Below are positions 47,438-64,000 of a DNA stretch of 64,000 nucleotides, piece after piece. The stretch covers positions 333,064,001-333,128,000 of the forward strand of contig NW_027362767.1 in assembly GCF_046119375.1 (NCBI RefSeq), written 5' to 3'. The position numbers and the translations under genes were made by a program. Every line of letters starts with the position of its first letter. Within the stretch, counting starts at the first letter, position 1. The notes under the pieces were generated by a model that was given only the letters and a program-made list of their open reading frames with translations, was not told where the DNA came from and searched no databases. The stretch comes from Phyllobates terribilis. Taxonomy: Eukaryota.

Positions 47438-48658
47438 ATGACATTATGAAAGTTTCATCATAATGTCAAGATCACAATACAGCTGCAGGGACTGATTGGG
47501 ACCAATGGAGGCTGATCAGGCAAGAATTTTCTTAGTTGTGTTTGTTATTTGGCACATCACATTGTAAGATCTGGTAGATAAACCTACTACTCTTTTCTTT
47601 ACTTAGGAAGTTGAGCATTAACCTGAATACATACAAGAAAAAGACAAATACACAAGTACAATAGCACAAATGTACAAACGTTGCATAAGTTCAGAATTAG
47701 CAATAAAGCCCCGAATTCAGTCCGTAAAGAGTTTTTCTGTGCAGGGCAAGTAAGACAAAGAAAAGAAGGCAGTAAATGGACGCTTCAATTAAGTGTAAAA
47801 TGTATATCTAAATGCAGGCTGGAACATTTTAACAGTAATGACATCTACGCCTTCTCCCCAACCGAAACAGCTGTCAGCGGCACTTACATTCAGTGCAACG
47901 TATTAGCACGTGGCTGTTTGCCAAAACCATTTGCATTTAGAGAATTACACTTTTACACTTGTTAAAATTGAAAATGACTAAACAAATGGCATGTGATGAG
48001 CTGCCTAACCTGTAATCTGAGCATTTAATTCCTAGTAACTACACAGACTAATATAATACACAGTGTGAGCATTTTCCTCTCTACGTATGAATATGTATAC
48101 AGTCTGCAGTTTTGTAAATCGGTCGTATGAATATTCCTGCAGTTGCGGTAATGCTAATATTGACTTAGCACTGTTCACCATAAGCTGGTAATGATGTGAT
48201 AATTAAGAAGCCGCCTATGGCTTCCTATAAGATGTACTTTTTATTACATGCTTTCTATATACAGATTGTGTTATATATATTAAAAGACCTGGAACCAAAC
48301 TATAAAGGGTCTTGATTGTGTGTAATACAGACAGATAAAAAGTAAATAAATTAGGGAGGTAGAATACAGTGATTGCTAGAACAGAAGTTACATGAGTCTC
48401 CAAGAGTATGATGGAAGCTTCTAATAGAAAGAGACAGGAGATCTTTTGAGAAACCAAAGTTGAAGGGATATTTCAAGGTTATAAAATGCAGAAAACATGG
48501 CCATATGTGCCACAATGATGCCACCATAGCTTGGTGGTAGTTATTTTACATGCACAGCTCTGTGCAGATCAGTTGTTTGTATGCCACCAGAACTTGCTGT
48601 GGGCAGGATTACCATGTAAAGGATTATAGGTCTGATGGGTCTTTTCCTTTTCTCGCAG

Positions 48659-48705
48659 ACATTGCCTCCATTTACAGTTGTCTGCATGCCCCTGTATAAC
48701 AAGGT
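48659..48705 (+). other. Candidate 47-nt exon of an unidentified transcript
   Basis: Strong acceptor CTTTTCCTTTTCTCGCAG| and donor AAGGT|GTAAGT; frame TLPPFTVVCMPLYNK is open. No protein recognised. Confidence 0.3.
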
Positions 48706-49358
48706 GTAAGTTAGTGCTAAACATACTCCCTGCTTTAATACAAAACAGATCTACTACTCGCTGACACTACATAATCTGCAGTCTGCTGTCCAATATTTAT
48801 CTGGCCTCTCCAAAGAGAGGAAGGGAGAGGGTAGAGCTCAGGAGGAGTGGAGATAACCGATGAAGAGCCATGTGTGACATTCAATAGTTGATGTCTTCTG
48901 CTGGCTTGAAGAAGGAGACCTAGATCCCTGAAACGTATTGCCTATTTTGTACGTTTTTTTGCGCTCATTCTTTTAGTCTACTTTTTTTTTTTATCATATT
49001 TTATGAATTTTCACTTTTATATACATTTGTAATAAACATATTTATTTAGTACATTAAGAATCAATGGATTAATTTGAGCTCTTCCACCTTCATTTTCCTT
49101 TTTGGATTTTTCTGATCCTCTCGGTTTTGAATACACATATTCCAGGCTAGGTTGGCTACTACTGCTTAGAGACTCTGGAAAAATCAGCTTAATTTTCCAT
49201 ATCAATCTTATATTTGTTACATCCTAAGCAAGTAGCGTTTCTTGTATAAATTTGGACATCACACCGGTGGAAGAGTACTGTCATGTGACTACATGTTGTC
49301 CACGCTAGGTTTTAAAATAAATAACATTTCCTGCTGATTACGCCTATGTTCCCACAAC

Positions 49359-49440
49359 TTGGTCGTGATGGAGAGGTTAAGGCGATGAACTAGATATCCA
49401 TTAGGGTCTTCCCGTGCAGGTTGACACCCTGCCGACTATG
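49359..49440 (+). pseudogene. tRNA-Ser(AGA)-derived pseudogene, unit 1
   Basis: 82 nt, 66/82 identical to the canonical vertebrate tRNA-Ser-AGA as recalled. Anticodon AGA is kept; box B is altered to GGTTGACACCC. Confidence 0.85.
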
Positions 49441-49456
49441 TCTATGTTCCCACAAC

Positions 49457-49538
49457 TTGGTTGTGGCCGTGCTGTTAAGGCGATGGACTAAAAATCCATT
49501 AAGTTCTCTCTGCCCAGGTTGACATCCTGCCGACTACG
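49457..49538 (+). pseudogene. tRNA-Ser-derived pseudogene, unit 2
   Basis: 82 nt, 98 bp downstream of unit 1. TTAAGGCGATGGACTA(A)AAATCCATT...CAGGTTGACATCCTGCCGACTACG; anticodon mutated to AAA. Confidence 0.85.
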
Positions 49539-50812
49539 TCTCTGTTCCCACAACTTATTAGTGGCCGACAGGTTTTAAAATACATAGCATTTCAAGGAAA
49601 CATGCACACTAACCATTTTAAAGAATGTTTTTTGGTTACTATAAGTGTTTCACTTTGTCATCTGTCCCAATGGAATGAAAAGAATCCACAGACTGATTTG
49701 CTATTATCGGATTTCATAAAACATAGTAGTTTTGGTTTAAATTGGTTTAATGTTTTAATTTTTAAGGAAATTTGTGAGGTAGAAAGTTTTGAGAAAATTT
49801 TTTATCTAGATATGGCAACCATGACAAAAAAAAGACAGATTCATGATCTGTTCTTGGTCTTTCCAGACAATTTTAAACAATCCACATTAGGGTCTCGTGC
49901 ACACAACCATTTAAATTGGATGAGTGCTATCCGTGGTTTTGATGGATAATACTAGTACCCATGTTATGCTAAGGGGCTGTGCACATGTCCAATTTTTTCC
50001 TTGACCCGAACGGTCTGAGTGATAAAAGGGTGACATGTCTGATTTTAATCTGAGTGTCGGATCAAAATCGGCAATGCAAGTCTATGGGTTCATGGAGAAC
50101 ATCGGACAGCAGTTGTATAAAATCTGAGTGTGGTCCGATTTTAACAAACTGACTGAATAGAGAAGGTGGAGAAACTTTTCTCTTTCTCAGCACCTAAGAG
50201 AAAAATGGGTTATGCTAATCAGAGTCTGATTAGCATAATTGGACCATTTTCTTGGATGAAGAGAAAACAGTTGTGTGACCCTAACCTTCAGATGTGATAC
50301 ATCCTGTTGTGTTGCGATAAGATTTGAGTTTATTTTCCTTCTCTTAACTTTCTTTATTTTTTTATTTTGTAAAGTAAAATAATGTGATATGTTCACATTT
50401 GAATGTAAAACTTAAAATCACAAATGAAGAAAATAAAAAAGTGGAATATAAATGCCTTTCTGTAACTTTCTATGAAAACTTTATCATGTTTTGGTCTTAC
50501 TTTCAAATATTAAAAAATGGCAAAGACTCATGAGGCAACCTTGACATTGCTTTTTCCCAATAGCTGTAGCCCCAGAAGTTGAGGGTCTACTTTTCAATAC
50601 ATGAAGGCATTAGAGTAACATGGAATGAATATCTCAATGTCCTATCGTGTCATCTCTCCGACAGAGGGTGTCTGAAGAGTGAATGATTTTCAACACCCAA
50701 TCCTTTGATTCTATGGCATATTGCCTCCCAATGTCTTACTCCTTTCTGTTCATTCAGAACACTTGCATGCTTGGTCAAAATGAGTGTGCATGTGAATAGG
50801 GAAGGTGGGCAG

Positions 50813-51196
50813 TAGTGATGGGCAGTCCGGCTCTTTTCGGTGATCTGGCTCTTCTGGCTCCGAGCACCTAGAAAGTTGGCTCTTTTGGATCCTAAATGGA
50901 TCCCTATTAAATATTTGTTCATCATAGGTGAACACATATTTAAGATGACGTTGATGCCGCTGAAACTCCACCCACCCATGGGTTAAACTCCACCCACTCA
51001 CAATTAGCCAATTAAATTGAAGAGTGCCCAGAGTTTGGTTTGGGTGGGTAGAGTTACGACCGCCGAACACTGCAATTTTATGCCCAGTAAGAGCCATTCA
51101 GAGAAGTTAGTGGCTCTCACTGGGGTGACGACTCCCACTATTCACAGCAGGGAGCCAGCTCTTTGTGTCGGATCCTACGAGACCGACACATCACTA
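50813..51196. mobile_element. hAT-type MITE (TAGTGATG family)
   Basis: TAGTGATG...CATCACTA; 8-bp TSD GTGGGCAG / GTTGGCAG. Confidence 0.8.
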
Positions 51197-53602
51197 GTTG
51201 GCAGAGATAGCTTTCAGCTGATGTGCATGGGCAGTTTCTTGTTGAGTCATCATTATACATGCAAGATGATAAATACCAGAGGTAAACTATATAATAATAT
51301 AAGTAGGAGGGCAGTGGTACAACTCTCAGGCAATAAAATAATGTTTTATACCATAGTTTACACTTGAATGAAAAATTAGCTACATATTGATGGTTCCAAC
51401 AGCCGATCAACAGCTACTTTATTCCCAGTTTTCTTTGGTGGCCTTTATTGTACAAGCTTTCTCATTTATGTGAATTGTATGGTTTGAGAAATGTAAAATA
51501 TTTTCTTACTTTACAGGATTACTTCTCAGCTTGTTTTTTTCACTGGCCTGTAAAAAAATAAAATTTAAATTATTAATTTGTTGAATAAAATAGTCTTTAA
51601 AACATCATGGGATGTGGACCAACCAGCAGACCGGGCATACAAAGGCTATATTCACCCAGATAAGAAATAGCTTATACTATCCAACACAGAGTCTAGGGGT
51701 CAGTAAATAACATGAATATCTTATGTGTAATAATGATGCTGTATAATTTATCAAGATGTCAAAAGCAGCAAAAATAGAGCAGATTAAAAAAATAATAATA
51801 GGACATGTGATTAGGTACCAATTTGGTGCAAGTCAAAAGACACATTAGGGACTGTTCACATCACAATTCTTTTTATATATATTTTGCACTTACACCAGAA
51901 AGGCTTCCAACAAACAGACTAACTATGTCCATAGAGCTCCATCCCACTGGATGGGAGATGTCAGTAAAATGCAATAGAAAACGTATGGAATAGTATAGAA
52001 GTCTATGACACTCCATCCTGCATAGTCCAGTATAAAAAGCCATATTTAAGTTCAGATTCAATATTGCATTTACGCCTGTTTTTTGTCAAGTATTTAGTAT
52101 ATTGTGTCTTTTTTTTTTTTTTTTGCACCAAATGTATCTTTCCATTTGCAGCTTATTTTAAGGCCATTTTATATGAGTTTTGCCTGTTTTTTTTTTTTGT
52201 TTGTTTTTGTTTGCTACTGTAGCAATGATTTAGGGTTTCCATATGTTTTTGCCGCATTCATCATTTACAAACTTTTCAAAAAATTACAAAACCTGTTGTA
52301 AATGTACTGGAGTGATTTATGTACACAACTTTTTTTTTAGCATTTTTTGTGATTTTTTTTGCTGTAAAAAGTTGCAAACAATGGTTAGAGAGAAAAAAGA
52401 CAATTTCTGACTTCGCACAAAATTCATGACCATGTGCAACATTTTGATGAATTTGGTGTAAAAAAATGTAAAGACTATCGCAAGAGAACCAAAAAGAAAA
52501 GGGACTTAAAAAAACGCATGAATCGGGGGGTGTAATATATGGCTTTTTTAACATTGAAGACTAGAGTGGCAGGGACCATTAAACTATATGTAATGAGCCT
52601 CTCAATAGCTTTTATTATGAATGTGTAAAACAGATGCAACTACATCCTATGGGTGATAAATAGATAACAGTGGCATCCGTTTTCCAATATGTCTTCAAAA
52701 TCTATATCAAAGCTCATGACATATTTAATGGATAACATTATACAGATGTTAGGCATCCGTCACCATCTATTTAATGTATATGTCTGGAGTTCTTCCTGGC
52801 TGAGACAAAGAAAATGTGAAAACGTGATATTAACCGGGTCCTAGGCACCTTTCACTTCCATATGTGTCCTCATGTCTAGCATATCTACACCAATAAATCC
52901 CCTTTCATTGTGTTATTAGCCAAAATATCTCAAATGAATTAACTCTGCAAATAGACTTTATGAAACTAAATTCTTTAAATGAGATAAAAGGAAGTTAGAG
53001 CAACATATGATGTTGATATCCGACTACACAAAGTGATTGTAGTCAATAACTATGGGGAAACATACGTTTCTATATAAGGTACTCGACATAAAGCAAGGTA
53101 TTTTAATCAAGACTGTTTGAAAAGTTGCTTCATTTCTGCTTCAATGTAAAGCATACTTTTCCTTTCAGGTGACTATTCAGAGTAAGCTGTCGTTTTTGTG
53201 AACATGAAGAATAAAAAAAAATTCTGTCCATTGTATGACTTGTATCCTGCATCTGCATCAGTATTTCCCTCTGCATTCTCCAATTTTCAGTTGTCTCTGA
53301 GCAAGTGGGTAGAAACAACCTGCTATTATGTCCGCCATACATAGAACACAGAGACTTGAGGGATTCCTGTTCTCCAGGTCTCTTTGTACCATGTGTATAA
53401 GCAGCAGCATGGAGGACATCATATGGGCGTACTGAGCAGTGCAGCTGTGAATCCAGCATGGGGGTGAAAAAAAACACTATCTCCAATATTGCAGCCCCAT
53501 TTCTCTGCCTCTTTCATTTACTCCACTTCTCACTCAACCTACCCTTCAATAAGCATTTGTAACCTGATCCTTTAATGACCTGGCATGTCTTGTCTTGATT
53601 AA

Positions 53603-53798
53603 GGACTCATGCAGACATCTGTGGATCTCGATCCAAACATGGACCGCAATGCACTGTCTATCCGCAGATCTCTTGATCCAAACTCGACAACCTCATAGGC
53701 ATTTATGGCAATGTCGACTACAGATCTTGAGACCCTTAGACAGTCCGTGCCTTACGATCCACGCTCGGACCAAGATCCATGGACATCTGCATGAGCCC
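53603..53798. mobile_element. MITE (Tourist-like)
   Basis: TAA|GGACTCATGCAGACATC...GGACATCTGCATGAGCCC|TAA. Confidence 0.72.
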
Positions 53799-53954
53799 TA
53801 AGATGGATAATTAGTTTTTTAGTGAATAATGAGTTCTGGAATTAAGAGTGAGAATAAGTGGCTCATAAGTGGAGAAAGAAATATATTTCTCTGATAAGAT
53901 ATATGGTAAAGTTTTATATGTTTTTGCACTATTGAACCAACCATGACCATTTAA

Positions 53955-54364
53955 AGAGGACCTTTTACTAGATTATTTCATTTAAACTGAGTAGCTCCTC
54001 CAATTGTTGCTGCTCCATTGATTCTAAAACAGGTTTTCTTTTCCTTCTGTGCCCCTCCATTCCATGGCTTTCCCTTTGGGTATTTTGGTAAATGTCTCTT
54101 CTACCAACTGGGCATACACAGCAGATCATTTCTGTGGGCGTTTGATTTTTCTCCTCTAATGTTGGCCAATCAAAACACAGCCGCGCTCACAAAAAAAGTT
54201 CTGTGGTACACGCCTAGTTGGTTTAAAGGCAAATTTGCACCTTTATTTCCCAGGTGCGTAACTTTGGAATGGAGAGGCCCAGAAAAAAAAAACTGTCAGT
54301 GGAACAATAGCAATTGGAACCAGTACTCAGTTTAAGTAAAATAAAATTAATTGAAAAGTCTTCC
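53955..54364. mobile_element. T2/Kolobok-like MITE
   Basis: TTAA flanks; inverted arms TTTAAACTGAGTA..CTCCAATTGTTGCTG..CCATTGA / ACTGTCAGTGGAACAATAGCAATTGG..TACTCAGTTTAA. Confidence 0.65.
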
Positions 54365-55718
54365 TTAAGAAACATCAGTATGAACAGTGTGTAAAACCTT
54401 TGACTGTGGATGGTATTTTGCTAAAGAATGTATAGGAAAAAGCAGGAATTCTAGGGGCAATACATTTACATAAGAGCATTGAGATCCCTCTTCTTCTTTC
54501 AGTTGTGGAACATGCTGTGTATTTAGTTTTTTAACTATGTACAATGTAAATGTATTGTAATAGTGGGACAGTTCCACAAAAAAAGCAATTTGAGAGCCCA
54601 TTTTTTTAATTCAGTTAAAAAAAAAATTCACGTTCCGTTCTATGAAATTATTATCTGTTACCAGCTTCGGTGAAATCCCCTTTTACAAACACTTATTATT
54701 AAAATTCATATTTATGGATAAGACTACAATTATTTTTTATTGCACTCCAAAATGGTGAAAAGGCAAAAAACAGCAATATAAATTCCCTTACACTTATAGT
54801 TTATTGGCACTTCAATGCAAAGTAATTTTCTTGTAAAGTACTTAAAAGCAGAAACTGACAGTGTTAAAACACTAAAACACTCAGTTATATAAATTGCCTT
54901 GTGGATGTGGCTGGTGGTCGGCCCAGCTCCCATTGAGACGTGTCATAAAATTACCATGGCTATTAGCATACTGATGTCTTCCTCATGACAAGTGATCCTA
55001 CACCACAATAAATGAATTGTAGAGGTTAATGCTAAAAAATGCAGCTCTTCTCTTTCAAAGCAAAAAAAAAAATCTTATAAAGAAAACCAACTACACTATT
55101 ATCTTGGGAGATAATGCAATGTGAACAGACTTATTGATTGAAAAAGACCATATTACTCGTACATAACGGTAATAAAGCTGAACAGATCTGGTGGGAGATA
55201 TAATTCATAATCTATGACTTCAAAACAAATCAATTCTGATCAATGGAAATCTGATTAGTTGAATATTCTGTTATTCAAAATTTATTGCAGATTTAACAAT
55301 TAGCCAAATGTATTTGCCATTATTTCTACGGCTACCAGGGTAACTTACGACTACTTGTCTACTTCCATGCAAAGAGACCCGTCTCTATGGGACATCTTTT
55401 TTAAATTAAAGGTTTCGCCCATTTGATTGAATAATTCACAAAAAATATGAACAAGACACAATCTGTGTTTTGTTCATATTTTTTGTGGATTATTCAATAA
55501 AGAAATCTATTATTTTAATTGGATCTCGGGAGCTGGATTTTTCTTCATTTTCCTCTTACTAAACACAGACTGTGTGATCCGTGCACCTAGTGGTGAGTTA
55601 GTTGGACTTTTATTTTTCATCGCCCATTAGATTTTTATAAAAAAATCGCTAAAAGGGCTGTCCATTCTTTTCTTCTTTAAATGGGCCCATGGAGGACTGG
55701 GTAAAAAAAGTATATATA

Positions 55719-57346
55719 CAGTACAGACAAAAAGTTTGGACACACCTTCTCATTTAAAGACTTTTCTGTATTTTCATGACTATGAAAATTGTACATTCAC
55801 ACTGATGGCATCAAAACTATAAATTAACACATGTGGAATTATATACTTAACAAAAAAGTGTGAAACAACTGAAAATATGTCTTATATTCTAGGTTCTTCA
55901 AAGTAACCACCTTTTGCTTTGATGACTGCTTTGCACACTCTTGGCATTCTCTTGATGAGCTTCAAGAGGTAGTCACCGGAAATGGTCTTGCAACCATCTT
56001 GAAGGAGTTCCCAGAGATGCTTAGCACTTGCTGGCCCTTTTGCCTTCACTCTGCGGTCCAGCTCACCCCAAACCATCTCGATTGGGTTCAGGTCTGGTGA
56101 CTGTGGAGGCCAGGTCATCTAGCGTAGCACCCCATCACTCTCCTTCTTGGTCAAATAGCTCTTACACAGCCTGGAGGTGTGTTTGGGGTCATTGTCCTGT
56201 TGAAAAATAAATGATGGTCCAACTAAACGCAAACCGGATGGAATAGCATGCCGCTGCAAGATGCTGTGGTAGCCTTGCTGGTTCCGTATGCCTTCAATTT
56301 TGAATAAATCCCCAACAGTGTCATCAGCAAAGCACCCACACACATCACACCTCCTCCTCCATGCTTCACGGTGGGAACCAGGCATGTAGAGTCCATTCGT
56401 TCACCTTTTCTATGATGCACAAAGACACGGTGGTTGGAACCAAAGATCTCAAATTTGGACTCATCAGACCAAAGCACAGATTTCCACTGGTCTAATGTCC
56501 ATTCCTTGTGTTCTTTAGCCCAAACAAGTATCTTCTGCTTGTTGCCTGTCCTTAGCAGTGGTTTCCTAGCAGCTAATTTACCATGAAGGCCTGCTGCACA
56601 ATGTCTCCTCTTAACAGTTGTTGAAGAGATGTGTCTGCTGCTAGAACTCTGTGTGGCATTGACCTGGTCTCTAATCTGAGCTGCTGTTAACCTGCGATTT
56701 CTGAGGCTGGTGACTCAGATAAACTTATCCTCAGAAGCAGAGGTGACTCTTGGTCTTCCTTTCCTGGGGCGGTCCTCATGTGAGCCAGTTTCTTTGTAGC
56801 ACTTGATGGTTTTTGCAACTGCACTTGGGGACACTTTCAAAGTTTTCCCAATTTTTCGCACTGACTGACCTTCATTTCTTAAAGTAATGATGGCCACTCG
56901 TTTTTCTTTACTTAGCTGCGTTTTTCTTGCCATAATACAAATTCTAACAGTCTATTCAGTAGCACTATCAGCTGTGTATCCACCAGACTTCTGCACAACA
57001 CAACTGATGGTCCCAACCCCATTTATAAGGCAAGAAATCCACTTATTAAACCTGACAGGGCACACCTATGAAGAGAAAAACATTTCTGGTGACTACCTCT
57101 TGAAGCTCATCAAGAGAATGCCAAGAGAGTGCAAAGCAGTCATCAAAGCAAAAGGTGGCTACTTTGAAGAACCTAGAATATAAGACATATTTTCAGTTGT
57201 TTCACACTTTTTTGTTACCTATATAATCCCACATGTGTTAATTCAAAGTTTTGATGCCTTCAGTGTGAATGTACAATTTTCATAGTCATGAAAATACAGA
57301 AAAATCTTTAAATGAGAAGGTGTGTCCAAACTTTTGGTCTGTACTG
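55719..57346 (-). mobile_element. Tc1 transposon (full length, transposase disrupted), TIRs of about 267 bp
   Basis: TA|CAGTACAGACAAAAAGTTTGGACACACC...GGTGTGTCCAAACTTTTGGTCTGTACTG|TA. Transposase 56933 to 55882 (MARKTQLSKEKR...) has stops and frameshifts. Confidence 0.94.
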
Positions 57347-57887
57347 TATATGTACATACACAAGTGTGGATTATTTATTTAGGATTATGTAAAGCATGCA
57401 GCAGAGGAGAAAGCAACTTAGGCTAAACGCAGATTGGGCACCTGTGGAGGACCTCATACACATTATGGGTAAGCAATAGACATCCCCTTCAAATATCTAC
57501 TACCATTAATTACTTTGGCCTTTTGGAAACACTGGCAACTTATTCGGATATATATGGGAGCAAATTATATCTTTAGTACATATATTTGAGGATAAATGCG
57601 CTGTTAATGTGATCTATCTCTTACTGGATCCTCATTAAATAATGTCTATATATAATTTTTAATAATGATTACTAAAAAATAACATTTGATTTTTAATAAT
57701 GGTAGGTGGTTTGTGAATACTCTTTGGTCTTCATGTGCAGGCAATAATTATATTAAAGTAATCCACTTCACAATCTTGGCATATTGAATGGGGAATTTAT
57801 ACTCTTATGTCCCCAACTGAAGAAAAAATATATATGTGCTATATGAATATTTTTGTAGTTTTATATGTGTATATATATACATATATA

Positions 57888-61113
<3,226 letters not shown>

Positions 61114-61123
61114 CATATACATA

Positions 61124-62582
61124 CAGCGGGTGAAATAATATATTTCTAAAGGTGACATGAAATTCTCACCAGATGTCAATAACAACCCATCCAATCCCCA
61201 CAGGCAAAGAAATCAAACCATAGATGTCCATAAATTAAGTTATGTGTAATAATGAGAAATGACACAGAGAAAAAGTATTTAACACATGAAAAAAGAGAGG
61301 CACAAAAAGCCATGGAAAGTCATGACACCAGCTGAAATCTATCAATAATTAGAAAGCAATCATGCTACTTAGGGAAAAATAATATCAGCTGCTTCAACTG
61401 ATGGCCTATAAATAGGTATCCAATTACCAGGGTGCCACACAAACATTTCATGATGGGTAAAACCAGTGATACTGATGGCATTAGTTACAGAAGGATTTCT
61501 AAACTAGTGAAGGTTCTAGTGAGCACTGTTGGGGCCATAATCCCGAAGTGGAAAGAACATTATTTGTGCTGCCCACAAGATTTCAGACAGAGGAGTGAAA
61601 AGAATTATCAGAAGAGTTGTCCAAAAGCCAAGGATCACCTGTGGAGAGCTACAGAAAGACCTGGAATCAGCAGGTACAATTGTTTCAAAGAAAACTATAA
61701 GTAATATATTCACTCTCCATGGCCAGTATGTACACTCACACGCAAGACTCCATTGCTGAACAAAAAGCATGTTCAAGCGTGTTTAAAGTTTGCTCAACAA
61801 CATATAGACAGGTCTGTGAAGTACTGGGAGAATATAGTCTGGTCAGATGAGACAAAAATGTAACTCTTTGGATGCCATAATACACACCATGTTTGGAGGC
61901 CAAGAGGCACTGCATATCACCCCACAAACGCCATACCAACAGTGAAGTTTGAAAGTGGGAAAATCATGGTGCTAGACTGTTTATAGAAAATGGCACTGGC
62001 AAATTTCAGAAATTTGAAGGAAGGATGAATGGACAAATGTACAGAGACATTCTTGATAAAAATCTGCTGCCATCTACTAGGATGATGAAGATGAAACGAG
62101 GGTGGACATTTCAGCAAGACAATGATCTCAAACAGACAGCCAAGGAAACTCTCAACTGGTTTCGGTGAAAGAAAATAAAGCTGCTAGAATGGCCCAGCCA
62201 ATCACCTGACCTAAATCCAAGAGAAAATTTATTGAAGGAACTAAAGTTCAGAGTTCATAGAAGGAGCTTATAAAACCTTCAGGATTTGAAGAGTGTTTAT
62301 GTGGAAAAATGGGCCAAAATCACACCTGAGCAATGCCTGCGACTAGTTTCTCCACAGGAGGAGTCTTGAAGATGTCATCACCAACAAAGGCTTTTGTGCG
62401 ATGTATTAATTAAATTTCAGTAAGCGTGTTCAATACTTTTTCTCTGTGTCATTTCTCAATGTTACACATAACTTAATTTATGGATATCTATGGTTTGATA
62501 TCTTTCCTATGTCGATTGGATGGGTTGTTACTGACATCTGGTGAGAATTTCATGTCAATAGCACCTTTAGAAATATATTTAT
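61124..62582 (+). mobile_element. Decayed Tc1 transposon with eroded ends
   Basis: TA|CAGCGGGTGAAATAA start. Inverted arms AAAGGTGACATGAAATTCTCACCAGATGTCA / TGACATCTGGTGAGAATTTCATGTC. Fragmented WSDETK, QQDND and SPDLNP motifs. Confidence 0.85.
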
Positions 62583-64000
62583 TAATTAAAGCTGAATGGT
62601 CTCTTTTTCAAAATTACTATAGGGGTAGACAATACCTTTAAGACAATCTCACCAGCACACTAGCTCTCCTAATTTGGCAAGGTAAAAATAACACAGGCTG
62701 TGATAAACCATCAATATTCTGCTGATGGCATCAGAACAGTCAGTGACAGGGATTTCCATTGCTCCATTGAAAAGCCCTTTTGTGATAATAGCATTTTATT
62801 TGAGATTCACCCATGATGCAATTCCAAGATCGCTCTTATCATCAATGCAATACAATTTATGGACATGACACATTTCCTCACATGAGATTTCATTATGTAT
62901 TACATTATGTATTTCCGAGAGGGAAATGGTTGACTTAACCTTACATTAGATAGAGCTGTATTACATTTTGTACCATCTTTCTCTCATCAACGCTATAAAA
63001 CTACCATGAATCACGGCTGTAAATAAAGCAACAAAAAAAGAATGATGAGAGCCTAAACACATAGTAGCCATAAAACAAATTCCAAATCTGTGTATGGCTT
63101 CTCCGCTCCTCCTCCCTTCCTCATAGCTGCAGGCTTTAACCTGGGATCCCTAGTGGGTAATCACTATCTGGATATGAATGAGCTGGCGTCTTAATCCGCA
63201 CTCTTTAATCACATTTTTTTTTGCAGTTCTAGGGCTGACGAAAATCCTTAGCGTCTTTCTTCCCAAAAATTCTGGTTTATTAGCTGATTGAACATGCAGT
63301 TTAATGACACGGTCTGCTTTTCGAAGGTTACGGTGGCACGAGGAAGGAGCCGCGAGGGTTTACACGGCTCCATGTGGGAGACTATTAATATTTACTAACG
63401 GTAAAAAAGGCCAAGTTATCGCCAAATGTTTGGATCAATTTCATCTCGTGAAACTGTTGAAAAATAACAAAAAAAAAACAAACACCAAATCATCCAAATG
63501 AGTAAATTCCAGGGCCCTTCAGCTTGCCTTAGACATAGAGGCTAGGTCAAGTTTATTGCTGAACCCATTGATCTGTGTACAGTCCATTTATCATTCATGA
63601 AAAGAGCCAGTGATCTTCACAGTATATTAGAAGAAACAACTGAGATCATCTGTCAACGGGCCTCTTATTTCTGTTTCCCTCTCCACAGGGACCGCATCTC
63701 CTTCGATTCTTCTTGAATTAAAATGTTGCTAAGCAACACAGCTGGGGGCACCGGCGGTAGAATAGCTTCAGTCTATCAAACTGTTTAAGCAGCTGGAGTT
63801 TTCACTGGTGAATTTTTTTTTTTTCCCCCTGAACAATCATGCATAATTATGGAACACAAGCCATACTCCAATACCCCAGAATATCACATATGTTTAATGT
63901 AAAGTGGGACAAAAACCTTTTTTCTCATGCAAATGCGAGGTGAAATTTGCTATTATCATTGCTGGACGCTCTCCAATGGCTTATTTGGAGCTGTCATTTT

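Noticed and set aside
49359-49538. Functional tRNA-Ser genes
   Set aside because: Box B/T-loop is altered (GTTGACA for GTTCGAA), acceptor and D stems are mismatched, unit 2 has a mutated anticodon, and there is no adjacent oligo-T terminator; called pseudogenes.

Overview
Vertebrate genomic DNA, inferred to be a frog from the repeat families present. It is AT-rich and intergenic or intronic: I recognise no host protein-coding gene and only two weak candidate small exons. The window is dominated by transposable elements. (1) Two Ty3/Gypsy chromoviruses of the Tf1/sushi type on the minus strand: a deleted, dead copy at 423-4464 and an apparently intact, young copy at 6884-13277 with gag, a -1 frameshift site, PR-RT-RH-IN-chromodomain pol and a self-priming PBS. 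(2) About ten Tc1-family DNA transposons or fragments from several subfamilies, often nested; two keep full DD34E ORFs (41294-42316, 45772-46809). (3) Many MITEs of hAT, TTAA/Kolobok-T2 and PIF/Harbinger type, plus minisatellites. The most unusual object is a 4,884-bp LTR element at 28579-33462, nested in a non-autonomous hAT element. It has two 1,212-bp LTRs that differ at one position by eye, a 19-nt tRNA-Ser PBS and a PPT, but no recognisable gag or pol. Instead it carries one uninterrupted 689-codon ORF ending in a Y-box-like cold-shock domain. A second oddity is a circularly permuted tandem array of tRNA-Ser-derived units between 24-bp direct repeats at 49307-49593.
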